Origin: Camelus ferus
Lineage: Eukaryota
Length of the DNA: 64,000 bases
Assembly: GCF_009834535.1 (NCBI RefSeq)
Contig: NC_045697.1
Location: forward strand, 54,438,001 to 54,502,000
Direction: 5' to 3'
The stretch's first letter is position 1. Each line of letters opens with the position of its first letter. Made by a program: the position numbers and the translations under genes. Positions 55,701 through 62,950 of this stretch are shown piece by piece. Below the pieces are notes generated by a model. The model ran no database searches. It was not told where the DNA came from and was given only the letters and a program-made list of their open reading frames with translations.

Positions 55701-58700
55701 GGGCAACTTCAAAGCTATTTTCATATTTTCCTGTCCTACACTAAAAAAGGGTAACTTTTTAGTATGAAATATTGCTCATAGCACTTCTTATATTAAGTAC
55801 TTATAATGTACTAATAACTTATAGCTAGCAAGACATGAGGATAACTTGTGAGACACGAAACTTAGAGTTAAAATTTCACATGTTGTCTTTTCCCATTCCC
55901 CCTCCAAAAAAAAAAAGGGTAGAGAGAAAGATAGGGACAAGTTTCTTAAGGTAAAAAAATTAAATCACGAGACACATGCGCTGACACTTGAGACTTTGGC
56001 TAACTCTTCCTGGGAATGTGTGTGTGTGTTTATATGATTAATTGGACATGTATTTGTTTTGTTTTGGTTTTTCTCTCATTCTAGAAGATACAATCTGGAC
56101 ACAGTTTAGAAGGCTGTTTTCAAGTTATTAAGTTACTCAGCAGAAGACCTCGAAATTGGTCCCAGTGTGTAGAATTAGCAAGATTAAAGTTTGAAAAATA
56201 TTTTAACCACAAGGCAAGTATACATTATAAAACAATAAGAAAAAGTCTAAACTTTTTCATTTAATTACTATGAAATTAATTTCACTGACCTGAAATGTCT
56301 ACTCTTTCTTTCAGGAAGCTTTTCAGAAATAAATAGTAAGTTAACTGAGAACAAGTGACAGGCACACAACTAATTTCTCTTTTAATTAATGTTGCTGATT
56401 AAAGAATGCATTTAAACTTCACCCATTAGTTTGTCAGTTTTGCATTTAACTGATCCTTATCTTTCTGTATTTGTCAGTTTTGCATTTAACTGATCCTTGT
56501 CTTTCTGTAAACAGAATGGGTTTTAGTAAAATAGTAAAATTCTGCAGAATCAAATGAGTTATACATACAAACTATTTAGAATAGAACCTGGCCCATAAAT
56601 AAATGCTCAGTTAAATTTTAGCTGTTATTCTTACTCCAGTTGTAGTTCTGAGAATGTGTCCTGCACCCTCTTTAGTTTCTCCCTCTTTTTGGGCTTTTAC
56701 CTGTTGGAATACAAAATAAGTTCATTTTTTTCAAAAAGTCTTTTAAGTGGGGAGGGTATAGCTCAGTGGTAGAACGTGTGCTTAGCATGTACAAGGTCCT
56801 GGGTTCAGTCCCCAGTACTTCCATTTAAATAAGTGAATCCAATTACCTCCCCTTGCAAGAAAAAAAAATTTTTTTTAAGTCTTTGGATTATACTTATCCC
56901 TGCTTTTCACTTCCTTCTTTTCTCTGCTTCTTGGAAAAGTCTATACTTCTATACTCACTGTTATGAAGTCTTCATCCAATAAATATGTCTTCTTTCCCCA
57001 CAACTATTGAAATTATTCTTACCATGACTATTAGTGACCTCATGTTCAAAGTCTAAAGAATTCTTCTTCCTTATCTTCTATAGGTTTTTTTTTTAACTTT
57101 TTTTATTATGAAAAAATTCAACCACAGAATTGTTAAGAAAGCATGTAATGAACTCCATGTAATCCTCATATACTTGTCACCAGGTTTAACAATTACCATC
57201 TCGTAGGCAGTCTTGTTTCATCTATGATCACACCCAGTAGACCCTCCCACAAATGATTTTCAAGCAAATCTCAAACATATCTTTGCAAAATAAAAATATT
57301 ATATATTTTTACTGGTTTTATTTTTGTTTTAAGGATTAGCTCTTTGAAATGATTTGTAAAATATGCCACTATTGTGTAAAAAGGAATAAAATAATCTACA
57401 TTCATGTTTGCTATAAATGCAAAAAAACCCTGTAAATGTTGATAAAAACTAACAAAAGAGGTTATTCCAAGGGATGGGGACAGTGAAAGGAAAATGGACA
57501 GATGGAGAACAAGGGTGACTGGAATACTTCACTGTGTATCTCTTTATGTACGTTGATTTTTTTTTAACCCCAGTTAATATTAAATAGTGATTTTTTTTAA
57601 TTCAATTTTTTCTATAGGCTCTTCAGCTTCTTCATTGTTTCCCTCTGGACACACGACTGAAAGATGGCAGTAAGTATAATAAAATATTGAGAAGAAAATT
57701 TAACACAATTTATTACTGGCTCCTGACACTGAAAATAATATTTGTATCTTTTGTTAGGTTTGTTTTGGCAATCACCAAAGAGGCCCCCGTCTCCATTAAA
57801 ATTTGATCTAAATGAATCTTTGTAAGTATATATATCCGGTTTTACATACATCTTTTATTGTAAACTTCTTAACTGTATAGGTTTACACTGCAGAGTGAAA
57901 ACCTCAGGCTCTTTAATATAAAATTATTACATCTCTTTTAATCTAAGTTAGCATATCACTTTGGCCAGCAAAGCCTGCCACAGTTCTTCTCTCCACCCAT
58001 AAGTGTATCTATTTATTTACATGGTAAATAACCTTGTTATTTTATCTTTTTTAAAGTGAACCCAAAGTGTTATCTCTTTGACATTATTCATAAAAAAGTA
58101 AAATGAAAACAAATGTTTTCCTATTTTCATTAAATATGTAAGAAGTATATAAGAAACTTCAGTTAACTGGGGGAAAATTGTTACTATTGAATAACTCCCT
58201 AAATAATCTCAAATTAATTTTCAAAGGAGTTGATCTTTGAATAAATATCTGTATATCCTGTCTATCTATGTGAGATATACATTGTACACACAATACACAC
58301 TATTATCTGTATGTATTTTAAATAACACTTAGCTTGTTAACCTCCTTTTCAACAAATAACTGTACTTAGTTTTTTCATCTGGTGCTTATTCTAGGCACCT
58401 TATCCTGAATCCTGTAAAACTTACGTTTTTTGCTTTTAAACAAACTGGTTTCTTAGTTTGAACTTATTATACACTCTTTAAAACCAAATCTGTAATATTT
58501 TCTTATGAATTAAAATGAATTTTCTTTCACTACCTTAATTTTTCTACTTATAGCCACTCCCGTCCCCAAAGTAGTCTTGATCACTACCTGAATATTGGTT
58601 CTTATGAGGCTAAACATCTGATGTTTCCTCTTTTATAATTTCTGCAATTCCTTGGTCTAGACCAGAATTTCATTGCCTAACTTAAAAAAAAAATCCTGTA

Positions 58701-61700
58701 ACAAAAAGTCTGATTACTTAAGCATTTTAAAGGCTTTAGTTTCTGATGAATTAAACATCTTCTTTGAAACTGTGCATTCACGTTTTTATTCTTTAATTTC
58801 AAAAGGCACTTCAGTTTCCTTCTGAATGCTGCAAAATTATATGCTACAGTCTATTGCATTCCATTTACAGAAGAGGTAAGATACTCTTCGAGCCCTAACA
58901 AGTGATAGAAAAGGTTAGAATCAGATGAATTTGTTTAATTGCATCATCAAAATGTGTTTGTATATTATAAGAATCATTCTTTGATATAAATGTTTTATTT
59001 TGTGATAGTTCTGCCTATTCTAATATAGCAAAAGCTAAACTCTCATTGCAGCATTGCTAAGCAGAAGAAAGTCAGATTTTGCTTTCTAAATTTAAGTATG
59101 AAAACAAATATTTATAAAAGCAGTCTTAGTTTATTTTTTAAAATATTTACAATCTATTAACTTCAGTTATTGCAATTACTCTGAAAACCCAAAGTGACCT
59201 ATTTTATAACAATTTTTAAATATACCTTAGAGAGTGTCTTTGTAAACATTTGTTTGGCTTATTTTGTGATATTAACTTACATGCTTTTCAGGAGATTTGA
59301 AAATGCTATCCCATATTGACATTTCTTAACTTTTATCATTTATACCTATTTTCTTAGATATCATCTTCATTGACTAATAAATAAATGAGCTAATACAGTT
59401 ATATTTAAGAGGCAGGTCTGCATTAGTGAATTTTTCTTCTCAAGTGCATAATAGAGCTAAATATATTGCTATACTTGTAAGTAGGCAGAACGGAAAAATA
59501 TGAACTACATCCATAACTAACACTGGCTATTTTGGATCTAGATAAAAATGCCTGTTGTAAATTAATCCTTTTTGAGTTACCACACAGTGAAATATACCAT
59601 AATGTCTGGTAAAAAATGGTGCCATTCAGTCGAATATTCTTTTTCTGAAGAGTGGTAATTTTGTGATATGAATTGTAGGTGATTTCAAAAGCAGGTATGT
59701 CTCAGTTTTTTCTAAGCAGTTATTTTTTTAACAATGAATATGTATATAGCCTTAAATTTATCCAAGTTTATCTTGAACCATTTAAATGTTTTCCTGATTC
59801 CAGAGGTATGAATTCCGTGTACTTACTTATTTTATTTACTGTGTCAGTGTATATTGAGTATAGCTTTGTACAGGGAACTTTGTAAAACGATTAAGAGATA
59901 GTACCTGATCTCAAGGCATTCTATATAATACTCACAGCCAATCCTAAAACTACCTATTTTAAAATGTAAAGAAAGAACTAAGATTTCAGGTTTGTTGACT
60001 AATAAAAACTTTTTTTATGCATACCACCCCCACCTTCCAGCCTTTATGGATGATATTTCTAAAGAAATAAAGGTAAATGTCACAAATAGATGTGATCTAA
60101 ACAGTCAGATGATACATTATTCAAATATTTTACAATGATAAAGGACTTTTTTTTTAGGATGTTTTTAGATTTAGAATTCAGAATTTTTTAAATGTGTTGA
60201 TAAAATTACTGTTTTAAAAACAGGACTTATCAGCAGATGCCTTGTTGAATATTCTTTCTGAAGTAAAAATTCAGGAATTCAAACCTTCCAACAAGGTATG
60301 TGTACAAACAAATTCATTCATTTAGCAAGTAGTTATTGAACTTCTACTTGTATCGAATCTCATTCCAAACCTGGATAACCCTGTAATGAACAAAACAAAA
60401 TTCTTGTTCTTGTGTGAGTTATATTCTAATGGACCAGAGATGGACTATTAAAAATGCCAATAATTATTTGATACTTCATTATGGGCATAAGTGCTAATAA
60501 GAATTAAAACAGGGAGAACAAATAAAGGATGATGGAGCTGGTATCATTTTTTTATGAGATAACAAAGGGAAAGCTTCTCTGATATGGTAACATTTGAGCA
60601 GAAGCCTGAAGGAAGTGAGGGAGTGAGCCATGCTATTATCTGGTGAGAGAGAGTGCAGACAGCAGGAACAAGTTCAGAGAAAGGCCTTGAAAGACTGAGA
60701 GCCAGGATTTTTCTGGAGGAGAATATGCAAAAGAAGATTGATAAACAGTGAGGTTGGAGAGGTAGTTTGGGTTATGATAAGTACTATGTGTTCTATTATG
60801 AGATAAGCCAGTGGAGCATTTTAAACAGAGGACACAATCTGACTTATATTTAAAAGGGTGACCCTGGCAAGTTGTGTTGAGAATGATTATATAACACATG
60901 AGAGAGGAAGTAGAAAAAGGTATTAGGAGGTTATAGGCAAGAGATAATGGTTTGAATTAAGTAGTGGGTAACAGGGAAGTTGTGTTGAGGGTTGGATTCT
61001 GTGTATATTTTTTAGTAACGCTGACAGGATTTGTAAGGGATTGGTTTGAGTGTAAGAGAAAAAAGATTGTTATTTTCTAAGTTAAAAAAAGAAATAAGCT
61101 TAATAGCTTCAAGTGACAGGGAGAAGATAGAAGAATTTTGAAAAAAAAAATAATGATTGCCCAGGGGAGTGGGAAAAGTGGGAAATTAGAAGATGTAGTA
61201 GGATTTCAAGATATTTCAAGTAGGATTTCAAAGTATTGAGGATCCACTTAGTGTTAATTCCACTTAATATATTCCACTAAATGTGGCTGGAGAAAAAGCA
61301 GTTATCTACTTGGGTGCTACTGTAAAATAGCTGAAAAGTTGGGTTATAACAAGAGTTGGGATTTTGTCAGGCAAAAATATTGGATGCGGAAAGAGATAGG
61401 GAATATTAATAAAGATGGAACATGAAATTTAAGCAGGGTAAATAGGAAAGTTTGAAAATACTAATATTTTCCTTTTTCACATGTTCATTATGTGCTTTTT
61501 TGTGTGCACTCTAAAAGAAATCATCCACATAAACAACCTTCTGTTCCCCTTACCCTTTAACTATACTGGAAAATGTGGAGTAATGACTGCCTCCTTGCAA
61601 AATTCAAGTAAGAAGTGGTGTATGTATGCACTCTTCCACTCAGCATTTTTATTTTAGGGAAGAGGAAAACTTACAGGCAGTTTATTTTGTACAGGTAAAT

Positions 61701-62950
61701 AGGTTTACTGAATGAAGTGTTCATGACTTCTAGCTTATCAAGAATAAAAGTACAGAAAGGAAAAACAAAATTCCTATATAAAGAAAATTCCTAGCCCATG
61801 TTTCTAATGGGCAAAACTGCTAGACAGAAGCCAAGGAAAAAGGCATCAATAACTTCACTGTTCTTAATGCCCTTCAGTATGTTTTCTAGCTTGAATTGCT
61901 TCTTTCTGTATTAAAGTTTAGGGGTAGTAAATTATCCTGAGCAGTTTAGCTACAATTTTAACATGAATTAATGTGCTTTTTCACAGCTCCCTGGAGCACC
62001 TCCCACTGAAGCTTTAGGGTCTGGCACTTCTAGTTAGGAGATGCCACAGCCAAAAATATAATCTGCACGTTCTGGCAAATATATATTACTGCTTCCTTGG
62101 CTCCTTAATATTTCTCAAATACTTATAATAATATTTAATATGTAAAAATATGACTTGAAAGTTTCTTGGCTTGAGAATATTGACTTCACTGCCCTCATGA
62201 AATATCTGATAAGTAATTTCTTAAAGATAAATTACTTGTATGTGCTGTCCTAAGCATGCAGCTATATGAAGGAAGACATTCTTTGGAAAAGAACTTCTTG
62301 TCCGCAATCAATAAATATTTAAAAGATGCCCATATTATGTATTTTATGGATTTCTTCAATTTCCCTGGAGACAGAAAAGAGCTCTGCACTAGCTAGAGCT
62401 ATGTAATTTGTTTTGATGTTGATTTGTCAGAATCACAAACTGTTGATTAACATTAACTTATTTTAGTGTGAAATTTTAACAGAATTGTATGAACTCAGAT
62501 CTTGGAAGCTATTCAGTAAGTATTTTTAACACTCACTGTGAACAAGTTTATTTTAGATATTTTTAGGTTCTCTCAGTGATCAAGAGAAAGATATCTGTTC
62601 TTAGAGTTTATACGTCAGTGTGAGGAGATAGATTATAAAACAGATATATAAATAATGTAGCATTACTTACCAGTGGAAGGTATAAAATACATTAGTCCAT
62701 AATGATTAATAATCTGATTAAACTGGATAGAATGTTTCTCTTTGTTACTTATTTGATAAAACAAATAGGATAATCAAACTTAGGTGTAGGATGTGATGAC
62801 ATTAACGAATATATATATACATATATTAAAAGGTTGTTCAAACAGATGAAACTGCAAGGAAACCAGACCATGTTCCTATTAGCAGTGAAGATGAGAGGAA
62901 TGCTGTTTTCCAACTAGAAAAGGCTATTTCATCTAATGAAGCTACCGCAA
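1226..62950 (+). CDS. UBA6: UBA6, ubiquitin-like modifier activating enzyme 6 (E1 for ubiquitin and FAT10); spliced CDS of exons 1-28, 3' part outside window
   Basis: 28 exons with AG acceptors and GT donors (one GC) join into a stop-free 2518-nt frame: [10 protein letters not shown]...[14 protein letters not shown]...[13 protein letters not shown]...[13 protein letters not shown]...PFCTLKSFP...SNEATA. This matches the recalled human UBA6 sequence. Confidence 0.97.
3040..3270 (+). mobile_element. MIR SINE fragment
   Basis: MIR-core-like phrases (ctgccatttacctgctgtgtggcc..., gtctcaggttttttcctc..., tcatagagttgttgaaaggattaactgagttaata); boundaries approximate. Confidence 0.65.
3436..4061 (-). 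mobile_element. Solo ERV LTR (ERV1-like), antisense to the gene
   Basis: TG...CA termini (tgttaac...gtttca), ~625 bp. Reverse-strand AATAAA (tttatt ~3523) and CCAAT (attgg ~3667). No clear TSD. Confidence 0.6.
4100..4930 (-). mobile_element. L2 LINE fragment
   Basis: Degenerate purine-rich L2-like text (gaagaacattccaagcaaaggg, ggcctgagcaagtgaataaatggtggtaccatt); approximate. Confidence 0.55.
5253..5315 (+). CDS. UBA6: UBA6 exon 2 (63 nt) [20 protein letters not shown](S)
   Basis: ttttttcag| acceptor, AG|GTAAGA donor, E1 IDxxLYSRQ motif. Confidence 0.95.
6520..7240 (-). mobile_element. Old L1 fragment (ORF2 3' region), antisense
   Basis: Reverse complement matches L1 ORF2 C-terminal sequence (aggaacctccatactgttttccat, ttctttgctgtgcagaaac, tttcccaacactatttg); frame disrupted. 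Confidence 0.85.
7493..9601 (-). mobile_element. Young 5'-truncated, 5'-inverted L1 insertion with TSD. 3' terminal part on - strand (7509-7652); inverted ORF2/3'UTR part on + strand (7659-9585).
   Basis: TSD ctcatagta(t)7-8 at 7493-7508 and 9585-9601. RT YADD motif at 7715-7726. ORFs 7706..8548 and 8638..9456 are L1 ORF2 RT and C-terminal regions split by a frameshift near 8540. L1 3' end with AATAAA lies on the - strand near 7515. Confidence 0.92.
12279..12737. mobile_element. Solo LTR (MER89/MER90-like, ERV1 class)
   Basis: TG...CA bounded, ~460 bp; resembles recalled consensus (catggatgctggcagaagac..., gggtcagagacaaaggac); family name uncertain. Confidence 0.5.
12740..16270 (-). mobile_element. 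Fragmented old L1 (L1M-type), antisense
   Basis: T-rich L1 antisense phrases (cttctttcacttagcataatg, catttgaaaagaatgtgtattctg, cagtctgacaatctgtcttttaat); interrupted by a Tigger element. Confidence 0.75.
14200..14420. mobile_element. Tigger2/MER2-type non-autonomous DNA transposon
   Basis: Left end gtcatccttcagtatccatgggggattgg; right end gttcaaacctgtgttgttcaagagtcaactgta; typical Tigger termini with TA. Confidence 0.75.
16730..17030 (+). mobile_element. CR1/L3 LINE fragment
   Basis: ggaactggagatgtttagcctggagaaagaagact...ttcaaatgtttggagggctgtcac is typical of the CR1/L3 RT 3' region. Confidence 0.7.
18265..18495 (+). mobile_element. MIR SINE
   Basis: gtagtgtagcatagtgattaag...tttcctttctgcaaaaatgggaataataat...gtgaagattaagtgagttaata. 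Confidence 0.7.
18540..19610 (+). mobile_element. Old L1 fragments (ORF2 5' part and 3' end, L1ME-like), sense
   Basis: gagtacacattcttttcaag, ctactttggaaaacagcttggc, ccatttatataaagttccaaaac; approximate. Confidence 0.6.
20674..20768 (+). CDS. UBA6: UBA6 exon 3 (95 nt) [31 protein letters not shown]
   Basis: tag| acceptor, G|GTAAGC donor, in frame. Confidence 0.95.
21301..21329 (+). CDS. UBA6: UBA6 exon 4 (29 nt) [10 protein letters not shown]
   Basis: T-tract then aatag| acceptor, AAG|GTAAGT donor. Confidence 0.95.
21788..22350. mobile_element. MaLR LTR (MLT1 family)
   Basis: ctattactgcaaaacaaactaccccaaaacttag...gtggggatcattggggctgtcttagaa; nested in old L1 sequence. Confidence 0.7.
24569..24663 (+). 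CDS. UBA6: UBA6 exon 5 (95 nt) [31 protein letters not shown](R)
   Basis: ttttgaag| acceptor, AG|GTGACC donor. Confidence 0.95.
25223..25334 (+). CDS. UBA6: UBA6 exon 6 (112 nt) [37 protein letters not shown]
   Basis: tttcag| acceptor, CAG|GTTAGT donor; overlaps ORF 25179..25367. Confidence 0.95.
25523..25960. mobile_element. MaLR LTR (MLT1 family)
   Basis: gtcagtcagctatt...ttccattgggcaaagcaagtcatattgtcaagccc. Confidence 0.65.
26049..26977. mobile_element. MER21-like LTR
   Basis: gatcccacaggttaagggttcagtccc, gctcacagactcaggaaaaca, ends ...cacagtatcaca; contains a 27-bp tandem duplication. Confidence 0.7.
28370..28470 (-). mobile_element. MER2/Tigger terminal fragment
   Basis: Reverse complement resembles 14200-14280 (ttttggtatcc...ctggaaccagtcccctatggatac). 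Confidence 0.6.
28672..28752 (+). CDS. UBA6: UBA6 exon 7 (81 nt) [27 protein letters not shown]
   Basis: caacag| acceptor, AAG|GTAATA donor. Confidence 0.95.
29643..30000. mobile_element. hAT-Charlie DNA transposon remnant inserted in an L2 fossil
   Basis: cagtagttttcagagtgtg...gtacagtggagtttccagag...ataacccacataaacaaaagctctttggg; flanked by L2-like sequence at ~29060-29640 and ~30000-30270. Confidence 0.65.
31573..31695 (+). CDS. UBA6: UBA6 exon 8 (123 nt) [41 protein letters not shown]
   Basis: tcacag| acceptor, CAA|GTATGA donor; within ORF 31396..31701. Confidence 0.95.
33372..33700. mobile_element. MER3/MER33-like hAT element carrying a ~119-bp tandem duplication
   Basis: tttatttaacccagtatatccaaaatg...caacatgcaatcaatat occurs twice (33372-33490, 33491-33610), followed by tactaagtcttcaaatc...gcacatctca. 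Confidence 0.75.
33858..33981 (+). CDS. UBA6: UBA6 exon 9 (124 nt) [41 protein letters not shown]
   Basis: tttttag| acceptor, G|GTAAGT donor. Confidence 0.95.
36906..37009 (+). CDS. UBA6: UBA6 exon 10 (104 nt) [35 protein letters not shown]
   Basis: Long pyrimidine tract then ttag|, TTT|GTAAGT donor. Confidence 0.95.
38310..38372 (+). CDS. UBA6: UBA6 exon 11 (63 nt) [21 protein letters not shown]
   Basis: ctcttag| acceptor, GAG|GTAAAT donor. Confidence 0.95.
39176..39252 (+). CDS. UBA6: UBA6 exon 12 (77 nt) [25 protein letters not shown](G)
   Basis: aatag| acceptor, GG|GTAATG donor. Confidence 0.95.
39804..39870 (+). CDS. UBA6: UBA6 exon 13 (67 nt) [22 protein letters not shown]
   Basis: cctag| acceptor, AAG|GTGAAT donor. 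Confidence 0.95.
40020..40640 (-). mobile_element. Old L1 ORF2 fragment, antisense
   Basis: caaatattctcttccagtctgtgg, ttttgaagagcagaagtttttaattttgat, ccatttattgaaaag. Confidence 0.7.
43291..43434 (+). CDS. UBA6: UBA6 exon 14 (144 nt) [48 protein letters not shown]
   Basis: tttcag| acceptor, TGG|GTTAGT donor; ORF 43282..43521. Confidence 0.96.
44729..44796 (+). CDS. UBA6: UBA6 exon 15 (68 nt) [22 protein letters not shown](R)
   Basis: ctttaag| acceptor, CG|GTAATA donor. Confidence 0.94.
45492..45570 (+). CDS. UBA6: UBA6 exon 16 (79 nt) [26 protein letters not shown]
   Basis: ctacag| acceptor, TTA|GTAAGT donor. Confidence 0.95.
45694..45916 (+). mobile_element. MER58A-like hAT-Charlie MITE
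   Basis: gcctgtttttataaataaagttt...gagtagttgtgaca...ccctttacagaaaaattttgccaaccc. Confidence 0.8.
45942..46072 (+). mobile_element. tRNA-derived SINE (camelid vic-1 type)
   Basis: A box cagctcagtggtagagc, B box ggttcaataccc, then A-rich spacer, cctaattacccc and A tail. Confidence 0.8.
46791..46871 (+). CDS. UBA6: UBA6 exon 17 (81 nt) [30 protein letters not shown]-binding GxGxxG motif
   Basis: ccatag| acceptor, ATG|GTAAGC donor. Confidence 0.96.
49493..49652. repeat. Compound minisatellite: 3 copies of ~50-55 bp (CA)n-gaaatgccag(c/g)tt-An-gtgaa(t/c)gtg
   Basis: Directly visible triple repeat with variable CA and A runs. Confidence 0.92.
49798..50003 (-). mobile_element. MER58A-like MITE, inverted relative to the copy at 45694
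   Basis: ggggtctgcaaactttttc...gtcacaactagtcagctctgccattgtag...tttatttacaaaaac...gtagtttgtagacc. Confidence 0.7.
50422..50499 (+). CDS. UBA6: UBA6 exon 18 (78 nt) [26 protein letters not shown]
   Basis: attag| acceptor, CAG|GTGTGT donor; E1 SNLNRQFLF motif. Confidence 0.96.
52024..52205 (+). CDS. UBA6: UBA6 exon 19 (182 nt) [60 protein letters not shown](S)
   Basis: gtttag| acceptor, AG|GTATGT donor; ALDNVEAR motif. Confidence 0.96.
53404..53509 (+). CDS. UBA6: UBA6 exon 20 (106 nt) [35 protein letters not shown]
   Basis: aaatag| acceptor, CAT|GTAAGT donor. Confidence 0.96.
55032..55121 (+). CDS. UBA6: UBA6 exon 21 (90 nt) [30 protein letters not shown]; catalytic Cys codon TGT at 55062-55064 (codon 625)
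   Basis: attag| acceptor, AAG|GTAATA donor; E1 active-site motif PxCTxxxxP. Confidence 0.96.
55229..55309 (+). CDS. UBA6: UBA6 exon 22 (81 nt) [27 protein letters not shown]
   Basis: tttatag| acceptor after a 107-nt intron, CAG|GTAAAA donor. Confidence 0.95.
56085..56213 (+). CDS. UBA6: UBA6 exon 23 (129 nt) [43 protein letters not shown]
   Basis: ttctag| acceptor; non-canonical AAG|GCAAGT donor needed to join ...FNHK to ALQLLH. Confidence 0.94.
56431..56510. repeat. 40-bp tandem duplication
   Basis: ttgtcagttttgcatttaactgatcctt(a/g)tctttctgta(t/a) x2. Confidence 0.95.
56749..56868 (+). mobile_element. tRNA-derived SINE (camelid vic-1 type)
   Basis: ggggagggtatagctcagtggtaga...gggttcagtccccagtacttcca...ccaattacctcccc plus A tail; aagtcttt on both flanks as a possible TSD. 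Confidence 0.85.
57618..57669 (+). CDS. UBA6: UBA6 exon 24 (52 nt) [17 protein letters not shown](S)
   Basis: ctatag| acceptor, A|GTAAGT donor. Confidence 0.95.
57758..57821 (+). CDS. UBA6: UBA6 exon 25 (64 nt) [20 protein letters not shown](L)
   Basis: gttag| acceptor after an 88-nt intron, TT|GTAAGT donor. Confidence 0.95.
58806..58875 (+). CDS. UBA6: UBA6 exon 26 (70 nt) [23 protein letters not shown]
   Basis: caaaag| acceptor, GAG|GTAAGA donor. Confidence 0.94.
60224..60295 (+). CDS. UBA6: UBA6 exon 27 (72 nt) [24 protein letters not shown]
   Basis: aaaacag| acceptor, AAG|GTATGT donor. Confidence 0.94.
62833..62950 (+). CDS. UBA6: UBA6 exon 28 (118 nt) [39 protein letters not shown]
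   Basis: taaaag| acceptor (no pyrimidine tract), A|GTAAGG donor; continues the UBA6 frame. Confidence 0.93.

Noticed and set aside
12346..62389. Remaining 60-130 aa ORFs in the track
   Set aside because: They lie in repeats, are antisense or read-through extensions of UBA6 exons, or have low-complexity AT-driven composition.
1226..62950. UBA6 pseudogene, or U12-type introns
   Set aside because: The spliced frame is intact with all motifs, and no donor matches the U12 (G/A)TATCCTT consensus.
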